From Limisphaerales bacterium (GTDB lineage: Bacteria; Verrucomicrobiota; Verrucomicrobiia; Limisphaerales; UBA11358): a DNA stretch of 38,333 nt. The notes below the pieces were generated by a model. It ran no database searches. It had not been told where the DNA came from and was given only the letters and a program-made list of their open reading frames with translations. Where the stretch lies: assembly GCA_050737335.1 (NCBI GenBank), contig JBOHXA010000541.1, positions 1 through 38,333 of the forward strand. The letters are read 5' to 3'. Positions within the stretch are counted from its first letter, which is position 1, and the number at the start of each line of letters is the position of its first letter. Shown here piece by piece: positions 9,646-18,065 of the stretch. The position numbers were made by a program, and so were the translations under genes.

Positions 9646-10274
9646 CCAAAATCGCCATCGTCGAAGATAATGAAGTCATTCGTGAAAGCCTCATGGAGTT
9701 TGTGCAGGCGGACCCGGAATGCCGCTGTGTCTGCGCCTGCGCCACGGCCGAGGAAGCTCTTAAAATCATTCCCAAATATGAGCCTGAAATTGTGCTCATG
9801 GACATTCAATTGCCCAACATGTCCGGCATTGATTGCATCTCCCAACTCAAACGGCTGTTGCCTTCCGTGCAGATCATCATGGTCACGGTTTATGAAGATA
9901 CCGAGCGCATCTTCAAGGCCTTGCGCATGGGCGCCTGCGGCTATCTATTGAAACGTTGCAGCCCGGAGGAACTGATGGCGGCCATTCGCGAGGTCCGCCA
10001 GGGTGGCGCCCCCATGTCTCGGGAAATCGCCCGCAAAGTCATTGTGTCATTTCAGGAACCCGTCAAGGCAGCCGCCGAAGTGGAAGACCTGTCCCCGCGC
10101 GAACTGGAAATATTGGAATTGCTGGCCGGGGGTTACCCCAACAAGACTATCGCGGACCGTCTGGGCCTTACGGACGGCACCGTTCGGTGGCATTTGCGGC
10201 ATGTGTACCATAAGCTGCACGTGCGATCGCGAACCGAGGCCGCGCTGAAATTCAGGACAGCCAAGACGGGGTGA
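9642..10274 (+). CDS. response regulator, NarL/FixJ (LuxR HTH) family
   Basis: REC domain (IAIVEDNEVIRESL, VLMDIQLPNMSG, MVTVYED, GACGYLLK). LuxR-type HTH LSPRELEILELLAGGYPNKTIADRLGLTDGTVRWHLRHVYHKL. The ATG overlaps the kinase stop (ATGA at 9642-9645). Confidence 0.93.
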   Translation: MTKIAIVEDNEVIRESLMEFVQADPECRCVCACATAEEALKIIPKYEPEIVLMDIQLPNMSGIDCISQLKRLLPSVQIIMVTVYEDTERIFKALRMGACGYLLKRCSPEELMAAIREVRQGGAPMSREIARKVIVSFQEPVKAAAEVEDLSPRELEILELLAGGYPNKTIADRLGLTDGTVRWHLRHVYHKLHVRSRTEAALKFRTAKTG

Positions 10275-10481
10275 TTAGCCATCGAGCCATTCTTGCAATA
10301 AATTGAGATGCGCTGTCGTTTTTCACCGTTTTATCTTGACTATGAATCAGTAATAGTCATACTGAAATCGATCCGGAATGAGGTACGCGCGGCAAATCAT
10401 ATTTTTCCGGTTTTTGCCCTTTTTCTTTGCTTTTCCGTTCCGTAGCACCGCTCATTTGTTTCACCATTGTGCCTTTTATCG

Positions 10482-11885
10482 TTATAATGACAACTGTTTC
10501 CTCCACCTCGCCAATTGCTTCGCCACTTCTTTTGTCCCCGGCGCGCCAACAATATTCCGTTTCGCCATCGCCCTTTTCAAATCAAATACCGCAAAAGCAT
10601 CCTGGCCAAACGACTTGTCCACCGATTGCAATTCCGGAGGCGTCAGCGCATTCAATGGTTTCCCCCTTTTTTCGGCCAGCGCCACAGCCGCACCGACGGC
10701 ATAATGCGCCTGACGGAATGGCATTCCCTTGCGCACCAGATAATCCGCCAAATCCGTCGCCAGCAATGTCGAATCGCTCACAGCCCTCTCACAGGCAGCA
10801 CGATTGACCTTTATGTTTCGCAGCATTGCCGACATAATGCGGGTCGTGGCCCGCGCTGTATCAGCAGTGTCAAACAAGCGTTCTTTATCCTCCTGCAGAT
10901 CACGATTGTACGTCATGGGCAAACCTTTGAGCAGCGTCAGCAATGACATCAGGTTTCCAAAAACCCGACCCGTTTTGCCGCGCGCCAGTTCCGCCACGTC
11001 CGGGTTCTTTTTTTGAGGCATCAAGGATGAGCCGGTGGTATAGGCGTCGGCAATTTTGATAAAATCAAACTCAGCGCCGGCCCAAAGAATTAAATCTTCC
11101 GCCAGCCGCGAAATATGGACGGCCAGCAACGCCGACGTCGCGCAAAATTCCACGGCAAAATCACGGTCACTAACGGCGTCCATGGAGTTTTGCGTCAGTT
11201 GCGGGCGTCCACTGGGGTCAACAAACCCGAGCAGCCTGGCTGCCAGTTCGCGCTTGAGGGGCAACGTGCTCCCGGCAATCGCGCCACTGCCCAGGGGGCA
11301 AACATTGACCCGGGAGTGGCAGTCCCAAAGCCGCTCGCAATCGCGTTCAAACATTTCCACATAGGCAAGAAGGTGGTGCGCCAGATAGACCGGCTGCGCC
11401 CGTTGCAAATGCGTATAGCCAGGAATCAACACATCCGCATTCCGCTCGCCCGATGAGACCAAAGCGCGTTGCAAATCGGCAATCTCGCTTAAGAGGGACT
11501 TAATTTCGTCCCGCAACCAAAGCCGAATATCCAGCGCGATCTGGTCGTTGCGCGAACGCGCCGTGTGTAATTTGGCGCCGGCGGGAACGCGGCGCGTCAG
11601 TTCCGCCTCAATATTCATGTGAACATCTTCCAGCGAGGCGTCCCACTTGAATTTTCCCGTTTTAATTTCCCTCCCTATCGCGTCCAGGCCCCGCACGATG
11701 GCCCGCAATTCGGATTTCGTCAGCACTCCGATCTTAAGGAGCATTTGAGCGTGAGCCATGGAACCCAGGATATCATGCCGCCACAAGCGCCAATCGAAGG
11801 TAATGGATTCGGTAAATCGGGCGACTTCGGCGGCGGGTGCGGCGCCGAAACGTCCGCTACGGGACACGAAAGAATTTTTTTTCAT
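10482..11885 (-). CDS. argH: argininosuccinate lyase
   Basis: Fumarate-lyase signature GSSLMPQKKNPDVAELARGK. N-terminus RFTESITFDWRLWRHDILGSMAHAQML, typical of ArgH. Confidence 0.95.
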   Translation of the reverse strand: MKKNSFVSRSGRFGAAPAAEVARFTESITFDWRLWRHDILGSMAHAQMLLKIGVLTKSELRAIVRGLDAIGREIKTGKFKWDASLEDVHMNIEAELTRRVPAGAKLHTARSRNDQIALDIRLWLRDEIKSLLSEIADLQRALVSSGERNADVLIPGYTHLQRAQPVYLAHHLLAYVEMFERDCERLWDCHSRVNVCPLGSGAIAGSTLPLKRELAARLLGFVDPSGRPQLTQNSMDAVSDRDFAVEFCATSALLAVHISRLAEDLILWAGAEFDFIKIADAYTTGSSLMPQKKNPDVAELARGKTGRVFGNLMSLLTLLKGLPMTYNRDLQEDKERLFDTADTARATTRIMSAMLRNIKVNRAACERAVSDSTLLATDLADYLVRKGMPFRQAHYAVGAAVALAEKRGKPLNALTPPELQSVDKSFGQDAFAVFDLKRAMAKRNIVGAPGTKEVAKQLARWRKQLSL

Positions 11886-12076
11886 AAACCCGCGCTTTGC
11901 GCGGATGACACAGATTTTTTGAAATGGGGGACAATTTCAACCACAAAGATTGTTCAGCGCCCGGCCCTGGTGTGCAGTGGAAGACGATCCTGCGGAGTTC
12001 TTTTCAACCGCAAAAATCCATACGTTGTGTTTAAGAATCGTTAAAAACTCCATTGCCGTGAGCGTGGAAATATGAA

Positions 12077-12922
12077 ATGTTTCGACAAATCATGAGCGAA
12101 TTCAAATACGCCTGTCCTGTATGCGGCCAGCATATCAAGTGCGATTCATCGCAGTCAGGAACCGTGATGGAATGTCCGACTTGCTTTCAGAAAATCATCG
12201 TGCCGCAGGCGCCCGTTGGAGAACAAACGTTGATCCTGACGGGAACAAAAGCGGGAGGGGAACGTCCCGCGCCCAAAAATGCCGGGGCGGATCCCGCTAA
12301 TTCGCCGCGCCGCGCGGGGATTTCCGGCGTTACCACTGTGATTGTTATTCTCGTGGCCATCATCCTTGCGGTGGCCTTTGTGTATCGAGGAACAATTTTC
12401 AAGCCGCCGAACGTTGCAGCCAACGGCGCAACGAACCAACCCAATCAGAGGCATGAGAAAAAAGCCGAGCCCGCGCTCGCGGCCCCACCCGCAAACGATA
12501 CCAACTGGACCCTCAATCTGAAAGGCGTCCTCATCCCGTCCTCGACCGCGGCCGGTCGCGTCAAGGGCCGGGATTTTATCTGCGATCGTGCCACGCTCCA
12601 GGGCGGCCTTCTTAGTTTGCGCCATGAAAGCTTGAGCATTTCGATCAATTTCGCCGGCGCCAGCCCTCAGCTCCTTTCAGGAAAGACCTTTAGCGTTGCC
12701 TCGAATGCCGCCTCAGCCGCGCGCGTCACATTGCACTGGAAAGATGGGGACCACTCCAAGCACGAGGTGTTTAACAACGGTTACGCCCTGCATTTGGATT
12801 TTGGCAAAGAGGCGGGCAACCGGATTTCCGGAAAGATTTATCTTTGCACCTCGGACGAACAAAAGAGCTATGTCGCTGGCACATTCAAAGCGGAAATCAA
12901 AAAACCCAGGGTCAGAAAATAG
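12077..12922 (+). CDS. zinc-ribbon single-pass membrane protein, function unknown
   Basis: N-terminal CxxC...CxxC ribbon (YACPVCGQHIKCDSSQSGTVMECPTCFQKIIVP). TM helix VTTVIVILVAIILAVAFVY. About 150-aa beta-rich C-terminal domain with no motif I recognise. Confidence 0.65.
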   Translation: MFRQIMSEFKYACPVCGQHIKCDSSQSGTVMECPTCFQKIIVPQAPVGEQTLILTGTKAGGERPAPKNAGADPANSPRRAGISGVTTVIVILVAIILAVAFVYRGTIFKPPNVAANGATNQPNQRHEKKAEPALAAPPANDTNWTLNLKGVLIPSSTAAGRVKGRDFICDRATLQGGLLSLRHESLSISINFAGASPQLLSGKTFSVASNAASAARVTLHWKDGDHSKHEVFNNGYALHLDFGKEAGNRISGKIYLCTSDEQKSYVAGTFKAEIKKPRVRK

Positions 12923-13388
12923 CGCCGCCCCGGCGATCGTTCGCCTCTTGACCCAACGCAATGAGACTCTGGCCCTGGCTGAATCCTGCACCGGCGGCTT
13001 GATTGCCCACCAAATCACCAATGTCCCCGGCGCGTCAAAAATCTTCAAAGGCGGCATTGTGGCTTACAGCAACGAATCAAAAGACAAATTTTTAGGCGTT
13101 CGGGCGGATCGTCTGAGCCGCCATGGCGCGGTGAGCAAAGAGACTGCGGCAGACATGGCCAATGGCGCGCGGAAACGATTTGGCGCCGATTATACCATCA
13201 GCGTGACCGGTATTGCCGGGCCAACTGGCGGCACCCTCAATAAACCCACTGGAACCGTTTTCATCGCAGTAGCCGGACCTGCAGGTACTGTGGTTGAACG
13301 AAAATTAAATCGCTTTAGCCGCGAAAAATTTAAAGAAGTAACTGCCCGCCAGGCGATGGAATTGCTGGAAAAACAAATTCTTTCGTAA
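12870..13388 (+). CDS. CinA-family protein, PncC-type nicotinamide-nucleotide amidohydrolase domain only
   Basis: LALAESCTGGLIAHQITNVPGAS, GGIVAYSNESK, ISVTGIAGPTGG and GTVFIA are hallmark CinA C-terminal motifs. No MoCF-binding N-domain. The only ATG (12870) overlaps the upstream gene by 53 nt. Confidence 0.8.
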   Translation: MSLAHSKRKSKNPGSENSAAPAIVRLLTQRNETLALAESCTGGLIAHQITNVPGASKIFKGGIVAYSNESKDKFLGVRADRLSRHGAVSKETAADMANGARKRFGADYTISVTGIAGPTGGTLNKPTGTVFIAVAGPAGTVVERKLNRFSREKFKEVTARQAMELLEKQILS

Positions 13389-13647
13389 CGCTGTTTGACG
13401 ACCTGCAACCCACCTCCTCACCGATGGTCCCATCCGCAGTGCCGGCGCAGGCATGCCAACTCCACCTGAAGAAAGACGGGCAGAGGAACACGTTTAAAGC
13501 GGTTGGCAGCGGACAGGAGAGCATCTGAAGCGGTTCCTGGTGCAGCCCTGAAACGAGGGACGGCTGAACGGCGTAGTCTCGCCCGAGGGAAGTCAAGCTG
13601 GCCTGCCTCGGCCCACCCCGGGGGATGCCGGGGAATCAAGCTCAAAA

Positions 13648-13675
13648 TTGCCGCGTGACTGAAACTGGATAAAAT
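13648..13675 (+). promoter_or_regulatory. candidate sigma70-type promoter for the nusA operon (TTGCCG-N16-TAAAAT)
   Basis: -35 TTGCCG at 13648-13653, a 16-nt spacer, then -10 TAAAAT at 13670-13675. It lies about 120 nt upstream of the nusA ATG. The architecture matches the rrn P1 candidate in this window. Confidence 0.4.
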
Positions 13676-13728
13676 CTTCTTTTTGTTCAAAGAACGGTAA
13701 AGTCTGCTGGTTCAGCCAGCGCGCGAAA

Positions 13729-13760
13729 GTCGGAGATAACCATCTTCCGGCTTTTTTATT
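13729..13760 (+). terminator. weak intrinsic-terminator-like hairpin in the nusA leader (possible attenuator)
   Basis: Stem GUCGGAG (13729-13735) pairs with UUCCGGC (13745-13751). The stem is 7 bp and includes two G-U pairs. The loop is 9 nt. It is followed by TTTTTTATT. It ends 35 nt before the nusA start, so nusA transcripts must read through it. Confidence 0.4.
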
Positions 13761-13794
13761 CTTCGCGTGCTGGCACTGCGGACGCCGGTGAATT

Positions 13795-15087
13795 ATGAAC
13801 GCAGATTTTTTAGCGGTTTTGGAATTCTGGGAGCGCGAGAAGGGCATCAGCCGGGATGTCCTGGTCGGCGCTGTCCAGGATGCATTGCTATCCGCCGCCA
13901 AGAAAGCCGTGGGTCCGGCCCGGGAACTGCGTGTGGCCATTGACCCCAAGAACGGAGATATCAAAGCGTTCGCCAAACTCATTGTCACCGAAAGGCCTAT
14001 TTCCAAACACGACCAGATTTCCGTTTTTGACGCGCGTCGTATCAAGGCCGATGCAAATGTGGGAGATGAAGTGGAAAAGGAAGTCACGCCCACGGGCTTT
14101 GGCCGGATTGCGTCTCAATATGCCAAACAGGCGCTGATGCAAAAGATCCGGCAGGCTGAAAAGTCGTTGATTTTCACGGAGTTCAAAGACCGCGTGGGCG
14201 ATATCGTCAGCGGCAGTGTCCGGCGCTTCGACCGTTCCGATGTGATTCTGGACCTGGGCAAATATGAGGCCCTGTTGCCGAACCGCGAACGCGTTCCCAC
14301 CGAGGAGTATCAAGTGGGCGAACGCATCCGGTGCTATGTCAAGGCGGTCGAAGAGGGCGCGCACGGGCCGGAAATTATCTTGTCTCGCGCGGACCCGCGT
14401 TTTATAATCAAACTCTTTCAGGTGGAGGTATCCGAAATCAGCGACGGGACCATTGAGATCAAAGGCATCGCGCGCGAGCCCGGTTTTCGCACAAAAATGG
14501 CGGTTTATTCGCGTGACCCAAAGGTGGACCCGGTGGGGGCATGCGTGGGCATGCGCGGGCAGCGCGTCAAAAATATAGTGCGTGAATTAAACAATGAAAA
14601 AGTGGACGTCATCCCTTGGTCTTCGGACATCCGCGCGTTTGTGACCAAGGCCCTTGAGCCGGCGAAGTTAAAGAGCATTGAGGTGGATGAAAAGAAGAAG
14701 AGGCTGGGCATTTTGGTCGCTGAAGACCAGCTTTCGCTGGCCATCGGCAAGCGCGGACAAAACGCGCGACTCACCTCCAAGCTTACCGGCTGGGAAGTGG
14801 ACATTGACGCCGAAGAAGTGGTCACCAAAGGTTTCGAAGAAAAAGTTGAAGAGGCCATCCAGGCGCTGGCGGCCATTCCCGGACTGACTCGGGAGCAGGC
14901 AGACGCGCTGGTGCATTCGGGCCTGACCCGGCTGGAAGATTTGCTATCGGCTGATGAAAGCGATTTGAGCAGTATTCCGCAAATCGGGGATAAAGCGGCG
15001 GAAGTCTTGAATGCGGCGCGCGCGGAAGCGCAGCGCCGGAAAATCGAGCTGGGCGGCGACAATTCAGCCGCAGCCGCGGCTGGATGA
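13795..15087 (+). CDS. nusA: transcription termination/antitermination factor NusA
   Basis: N-terminal domain MNADFLAVLEFWEREKGISRDVL. S1 domain GDIVSGSVRRFDRSDVILDLGKYEALLP. KH1/KH2 domains (GMRGQRVKNIVREL, LAIGKRGQNARLTSKLTGW). C-terminal HhH repeat. Confidence 0.96.
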   Translation: MNADFLAVLEFWEREKGISRDVLVGAVQDALLSAAKKAVGPARELRVAIDPKNGDIKAFAKLIVTERPISKHDQISVFDARRIKADANVGDEVEKEVTPTGFGRIASQYAKQALMQKIRQAEKSLIFTEFKDRVGDIVSGSVRRFDRSDVILDLGKYEALLPNRERVPTEEYQVGERIRCYVKAVEEGAHGPEIILSRADPRFIIKLFQVEVSEISDGTIEIKGIAREPGFRTKMAVYSRDPKVDPVGACVGMRGQRVKNIVRELNNEKVDVIPWSSDIRAFVTKALEPAKLKSIEVDEKKKRLGILVAEDQLSLAIGKRGQNARLTSKLTGWEVDIDAEEVVTKGFEEKVEEAIQALAAIPGLTREQADALVHSGLTRLEDLLSADESDLSSIPQIGDKAAEVLNAARAEAQRRKIELGGDNSAAAAAG

Positions 15088-15176
15088 TTATGACGCCCGC
15101 TGAAGCAAAACGCGTTTCGGCGATTTAGCCATGGCGGCCAATTGCACATCCCGGCTGGCGGCGAAGAACATTTTTT

Positions 15177-17585
15177 ATGCCCGTTCGCATATACGACATT
15201 GCCAAGAAGTACGGCCTCGAGAACAAACAAATTATCGAGAAAGCCAGGTCCTTGGGCATTGCCGCCGCCAAAGTCCCATCGAGTTCCCTCGATAAAATCT
15301 CCGCAGGATGGCTCGAAGAGGAACTCGTCAAACAGTACCCCGAACTTGCCTCAAAATTTGCCCCCCAGCCCGTACCGGAGAAACCCAAGCCTGCCCCGGC
15401 GGATGAAGAGATTAAAATCATAAGCGCTCCGCCTTTGCCGCCACCGCCCCCGCCACCAGTACCCGCCGCGCCAGAAACGCGAGCCGAACCGGCCTCCACT
15501 CCACCTCCGGCACCCGAGAAACCCAAGCCGGCGGCTCCGCATCCTCCTTCCAAACCTTCGCCAAAAGTTGGCGAGAAAGTGGGATTTATTCAACTGCCGA
15601 CGCGCCCTCAGCAACCAACGCGCGGAGAGCGAGGCGGCACGGGCAAGATGCCTCCACATCGTCCAGGCGCCCCGCCGCCGCGGCGTGAGGAGCAGCGCGA
15701 GAGCGGGGGCGCCCAACGCGACGGGCGGTCTCAACCGGCCCGCGAAGCGGCCAAACCGGCGGCCCCGGCGGCGCCTAAATTTACCGTGCCCGAGACGGGT
15801 GAAATCATCACCATCAAGCCGCCCATCGTCGTGCGGGACCTTGCAAATGCCTTGAAGCAAAAGCCTTTTATCATCATTGGCGACTTGATGAAGATGGGCG
15901 TCTTCGCGACGGTCAATCAGGCCATTGACGAGAAGATCGCTCGCCAGATTTGCGCCAAATATGGTTTCCGATTTGAGGTGGAAAAACGCGAACGCGGCGC
16001 GGGCGTGGTCCACGCGACCGAGAGAAAGGTCGAATTGGATTTTGAGGATAAGCCCGAGGAGCTTAAGCCGCGCGCGCCCGTGGTGACCATCATGGGCCAT
16101 GTTGACCATGGCAAGACAACGCTGCTGGATGTCATCCGCAAGACCGACGTTGCGGCCGGTGAAGCTGGCGGCATTACGCAACATATCGGCGCCTACACCA
16201 TTTCGGTGCCGCATCCGGAGCGCAAGGACGAACTTGCCCAAATCACATTTCTGGACACCCCCGGCCACGCCGCGTTCAGCTCAATGCGCGCGCGCGGCGC
16301 GAATGTGACGGATATTGTGGTGCTGGTGGTCGCGGCAAATGACGGGGTCATGCCCCAAACCCTGGAAGCCTTGAACCACGCCAGGGCGGCAAAAGTGCCC
16401 ATTCTCGTGGCGGTCAACAAAATAGACCATCCCAACGCCAACTCGTTGAAAGTGCGCCAGCAACTGCAGGACAAAGGCCTGGTACCGGACGATTGGGGAG
16501 GCGAAACCATTTTCGTGGATGTATCGGCCTTGACCCGCCAGGGCATTGATAAGCTGCTGGAAATGATTTTGCTCCAGGCCGATTTGCTCGAACTGAGGGC
16601 CAATCCAAATCGCCGCGCCAAAGGCAACGTGATCGAGTCGGGCGTGGAACCGGGCGGTCCCACGGCCACCGTTCTGGTCCGCAAAGGTACGCTCCACGTC
16701 GGAGCCATTCTGCTGTGCGGCGAATTTTATGGCAGGGTGCGCGCCCTGATCAATGAGGAAAATCAACGACTCAAGGAAGCCGGCCCGTCCGTGGCCGTCA
16801 AGGTGCTCGGCCTCAACGGCGTGCCCGATGCCGGCCTCGAGTTTTCTGTCGTGGAAGACGAAAAGGCGGCGCGTGAACTGGCGGCGCAACGCGAGTTCCA
16901 GGCGCGGACCGAAAGCCAGGAAGACCGCAAAGTAACGCTGGAAAATCTTTTTGCCACGCTTCAGGCCGCCCAAGGCAAGGCGCTTAAAGTGGTGGTGAAG
17001 GCCGATACGCAAGGCTCCGTCGAGGCAATCGTGGACGCTCTCAAGAAGATCGAATCGGACAAAGTTACGTTGGAAATCATCCATAGCGACGTCGGCGCGA
17101 TCACCGAAAACGACGTCGCGCTGGCATCGGCCTCAAACGGCATCATTTTGGGTTTCCATACGCGCGTGGACAGCACGGCCGCGGAAAAGGCGAAACGGGA
17201 AGTCGTGCAAATAAAATTGTACGCAATTATTTATGAACTGATTGACCAGGTCAAAGAGGCCATGGCAGGGCTTTTGGAACCCGATAGCAAGGAAACAGTC
17301 ATCGGTTCGGCGGAAGTGCGGAAGGTCTTTGAATTATCCAAGGGCGCGCCCGTGGCCGGCTGCATGGTATCCAGCGGCCGGATTGTCCGCGGCAAAGTTC
17401 GCGTGCGCCGCCGAAAGGACGTCATCTACGAGGGAGTCACCCAATCGCTCCGGCGCTTTCAGGATGAGGTCAACGAAGTCCGCGCCGGAATGGAGTGCGG
17501 CATTCGCATTGAAGCCTTTGGCGAGTTTCAGGTCGGAGACGCGATTGAATGTTATACTATTGAGAAAATTGCCGCGAAATTATGA
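15177..17585 (+). CDS. infB: translation initiation factor IF-2
   Basis: IF2_N domain ([26 protein letters not shown]). Pro-rich linker. GTPase motifs [17 protein letters not shown] and NKID. C-terminal IF2 domains. Confidence 0.97.
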   Translation: MPVRIYDIAKKYGLENKQIIEKARSLGIAAAKVPSSSLDKISAGWLEEELVKQYPELASKFAPQPVPEKPKPAPADEEIKIISAPPLPPPPPPPVPAAPETRAEPASTPPPAPEKPKPAAPHPPSKPSPKVGEKVGFIQLPTRPQQPTRGERGGTGKMPPHRPGAPPPRREEQRESGGAQRDGRSQPAREAAKPAAPAAPKFTVPETGEIITIKPPIVVRDLANALKQKPFIIIGDLMKMGVFATVNQAIDEKIARQICAKYGFRFEVEKRERGAGVVHATERKVELDFEDKPEELKPRAPVVTIMGHVDHGKTTLLDVIRKTDVAAGEAGGITQHIGAYTISVPHPERKDELAQITFLDTPGHAAFSSMRARGANVTDIVVLVVAANDGVMPQTLEALNHARAAKVPILVAVNKIDHPNANSLKVRQQLQDKGLVPDDWGGETIFVDVSALTRQGIDKLLEMILLQADLLELRANPNRRAKGNVIESGVEPGGPTATVLVRKGTLHVGAILLCGEFYGRVRALINEENQRLKEAGPSVAVKVLGLNGVPDAGLEFSVVEDEKAARELAAQREFQARTESQEDRKVTLENLFATLQAAQGKALKVVVKADTQGSVEAIVDALKKIESDKVTLEIIHSDVGAITENDVALASASNGIILGFHTRVDSTAAEKAKREVVQIKLYAIIYELIDQVKEAMAGLLEPDSKETVIGSAEVRKVFELSKGAPVAGCMVSSGRIVRGKVRVRRRKDVIYEGVTQSLRRFQDEVNEVRAGMECGIRIEAFGEFQVGDAIECYTIEKIAAKL

Positions 17586-17690
17586 AAAAGGGATTGTTGG
17601 ATCTCTGGAATGGCCGATGGTTTGAAACGGTCCGGGGCCGCCAATCCAATCATCCATTCAGCCAATAATCTTTCGTCCACAGTTTGAGCC

Positions 17691-18065
17691 ATGCCCAGCC
17701 TTCGACACGAGCGCGTCCGCGAGCTTTTAAAGCGGGAAATCGGCGAAGCCATCCGCCGCGAATTCCATGTCAACGAAGCCGGCCTCATCTCCGTCAATGA
17801 CGTGGACCTGGCCGGCGACTTGAAGTCCGCCGTGGTGTTTATCAGCATTTTCGGGAATCCGGCTCAACAAAAACGCGGATTGCAACTCCTCACCGAGAAT
17901 CGGGTGCGTATTCAGGGACTGGTCGCCCGTTCTGTCGTGCTGAAATACACTCCGACCCTTAAGTTTGTTTTTGACGATTCCATCGTCAGGGGAAACCGGG
18001 TTTTGCAAATTATCGAGGAATTGGAAAAAGCCCAATCCCCAAAAGACCAGGATGAACCACAATGA
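17691..18065 (+). CDS. rbfA: ribosome-binding factor A
   Basis: RVRELLKREIGEAIRREF...ISVNDVDLAGDLKSAVVFIS...TPTLKFVFD matches the RbfA KH-like fold pattern. It sits in the position after infB. Confidence 0.9.
   Translation: MPSLRHERVRELLKREIGEAIRREFHVNEAGLISVNDVDLAGDLKSAVVFISIFGNPAQQKRGLQLLTENRVRIQGLVARSVVLKYTPTLKFVFDDSIVRGNRVLQIIEELEKAQSPKDQDEPQ

Noticed and set aside
10337-10359. Inverted repeat TGACTAT-N9-ATAGTCA in the AT-rich convergent gap between the response regulator and argH.
   Set aside because: It has a short AT-rich stem and no adjacent U-tract on either strand. It is not distinguishable from chance in an AT-rich spacer.
13468-13481. GAAGAAAGACGGGC, which resembles the RNase P RNA CR-I / P4 strand (GAGGAAAGUCCGGGC).
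   Set aside because: It is one base shorter with mismatches. I could not find the complementary P4 3-prime strand (ACAGAA..CCGGCUUA) or the GGGUGAAA-type J11/12 element. Only a covariance-model search could revive this call.
13771-13786. TGGCAC-N7-GC sigma54-like string just before nusA.
   Set aside because: The -12 element is only GC (ACGC versus TTGC). The predicted start site would fall at or inside the nusA start codon.
13389-13794. Tested the region as tmRNA, SRP RNA or a decayed rimP.
   Set aside because: There is no GGGG...UUCGAC 5-prime end with a T-arm/CCA 3-prime end. There is no GGAAGCAGC SRP helix-8 motif. No frame gives RimP-like LEVSSPG.
15351-17084. Long minus-strand ORFs (305 aa, 267 aa, 171 aa) opposite infB.
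   Set aside because: They are antisense to an unambiguous IF2 gene with all GTPase motifs. Arg-rich and low complexity. Shadow ORFs.
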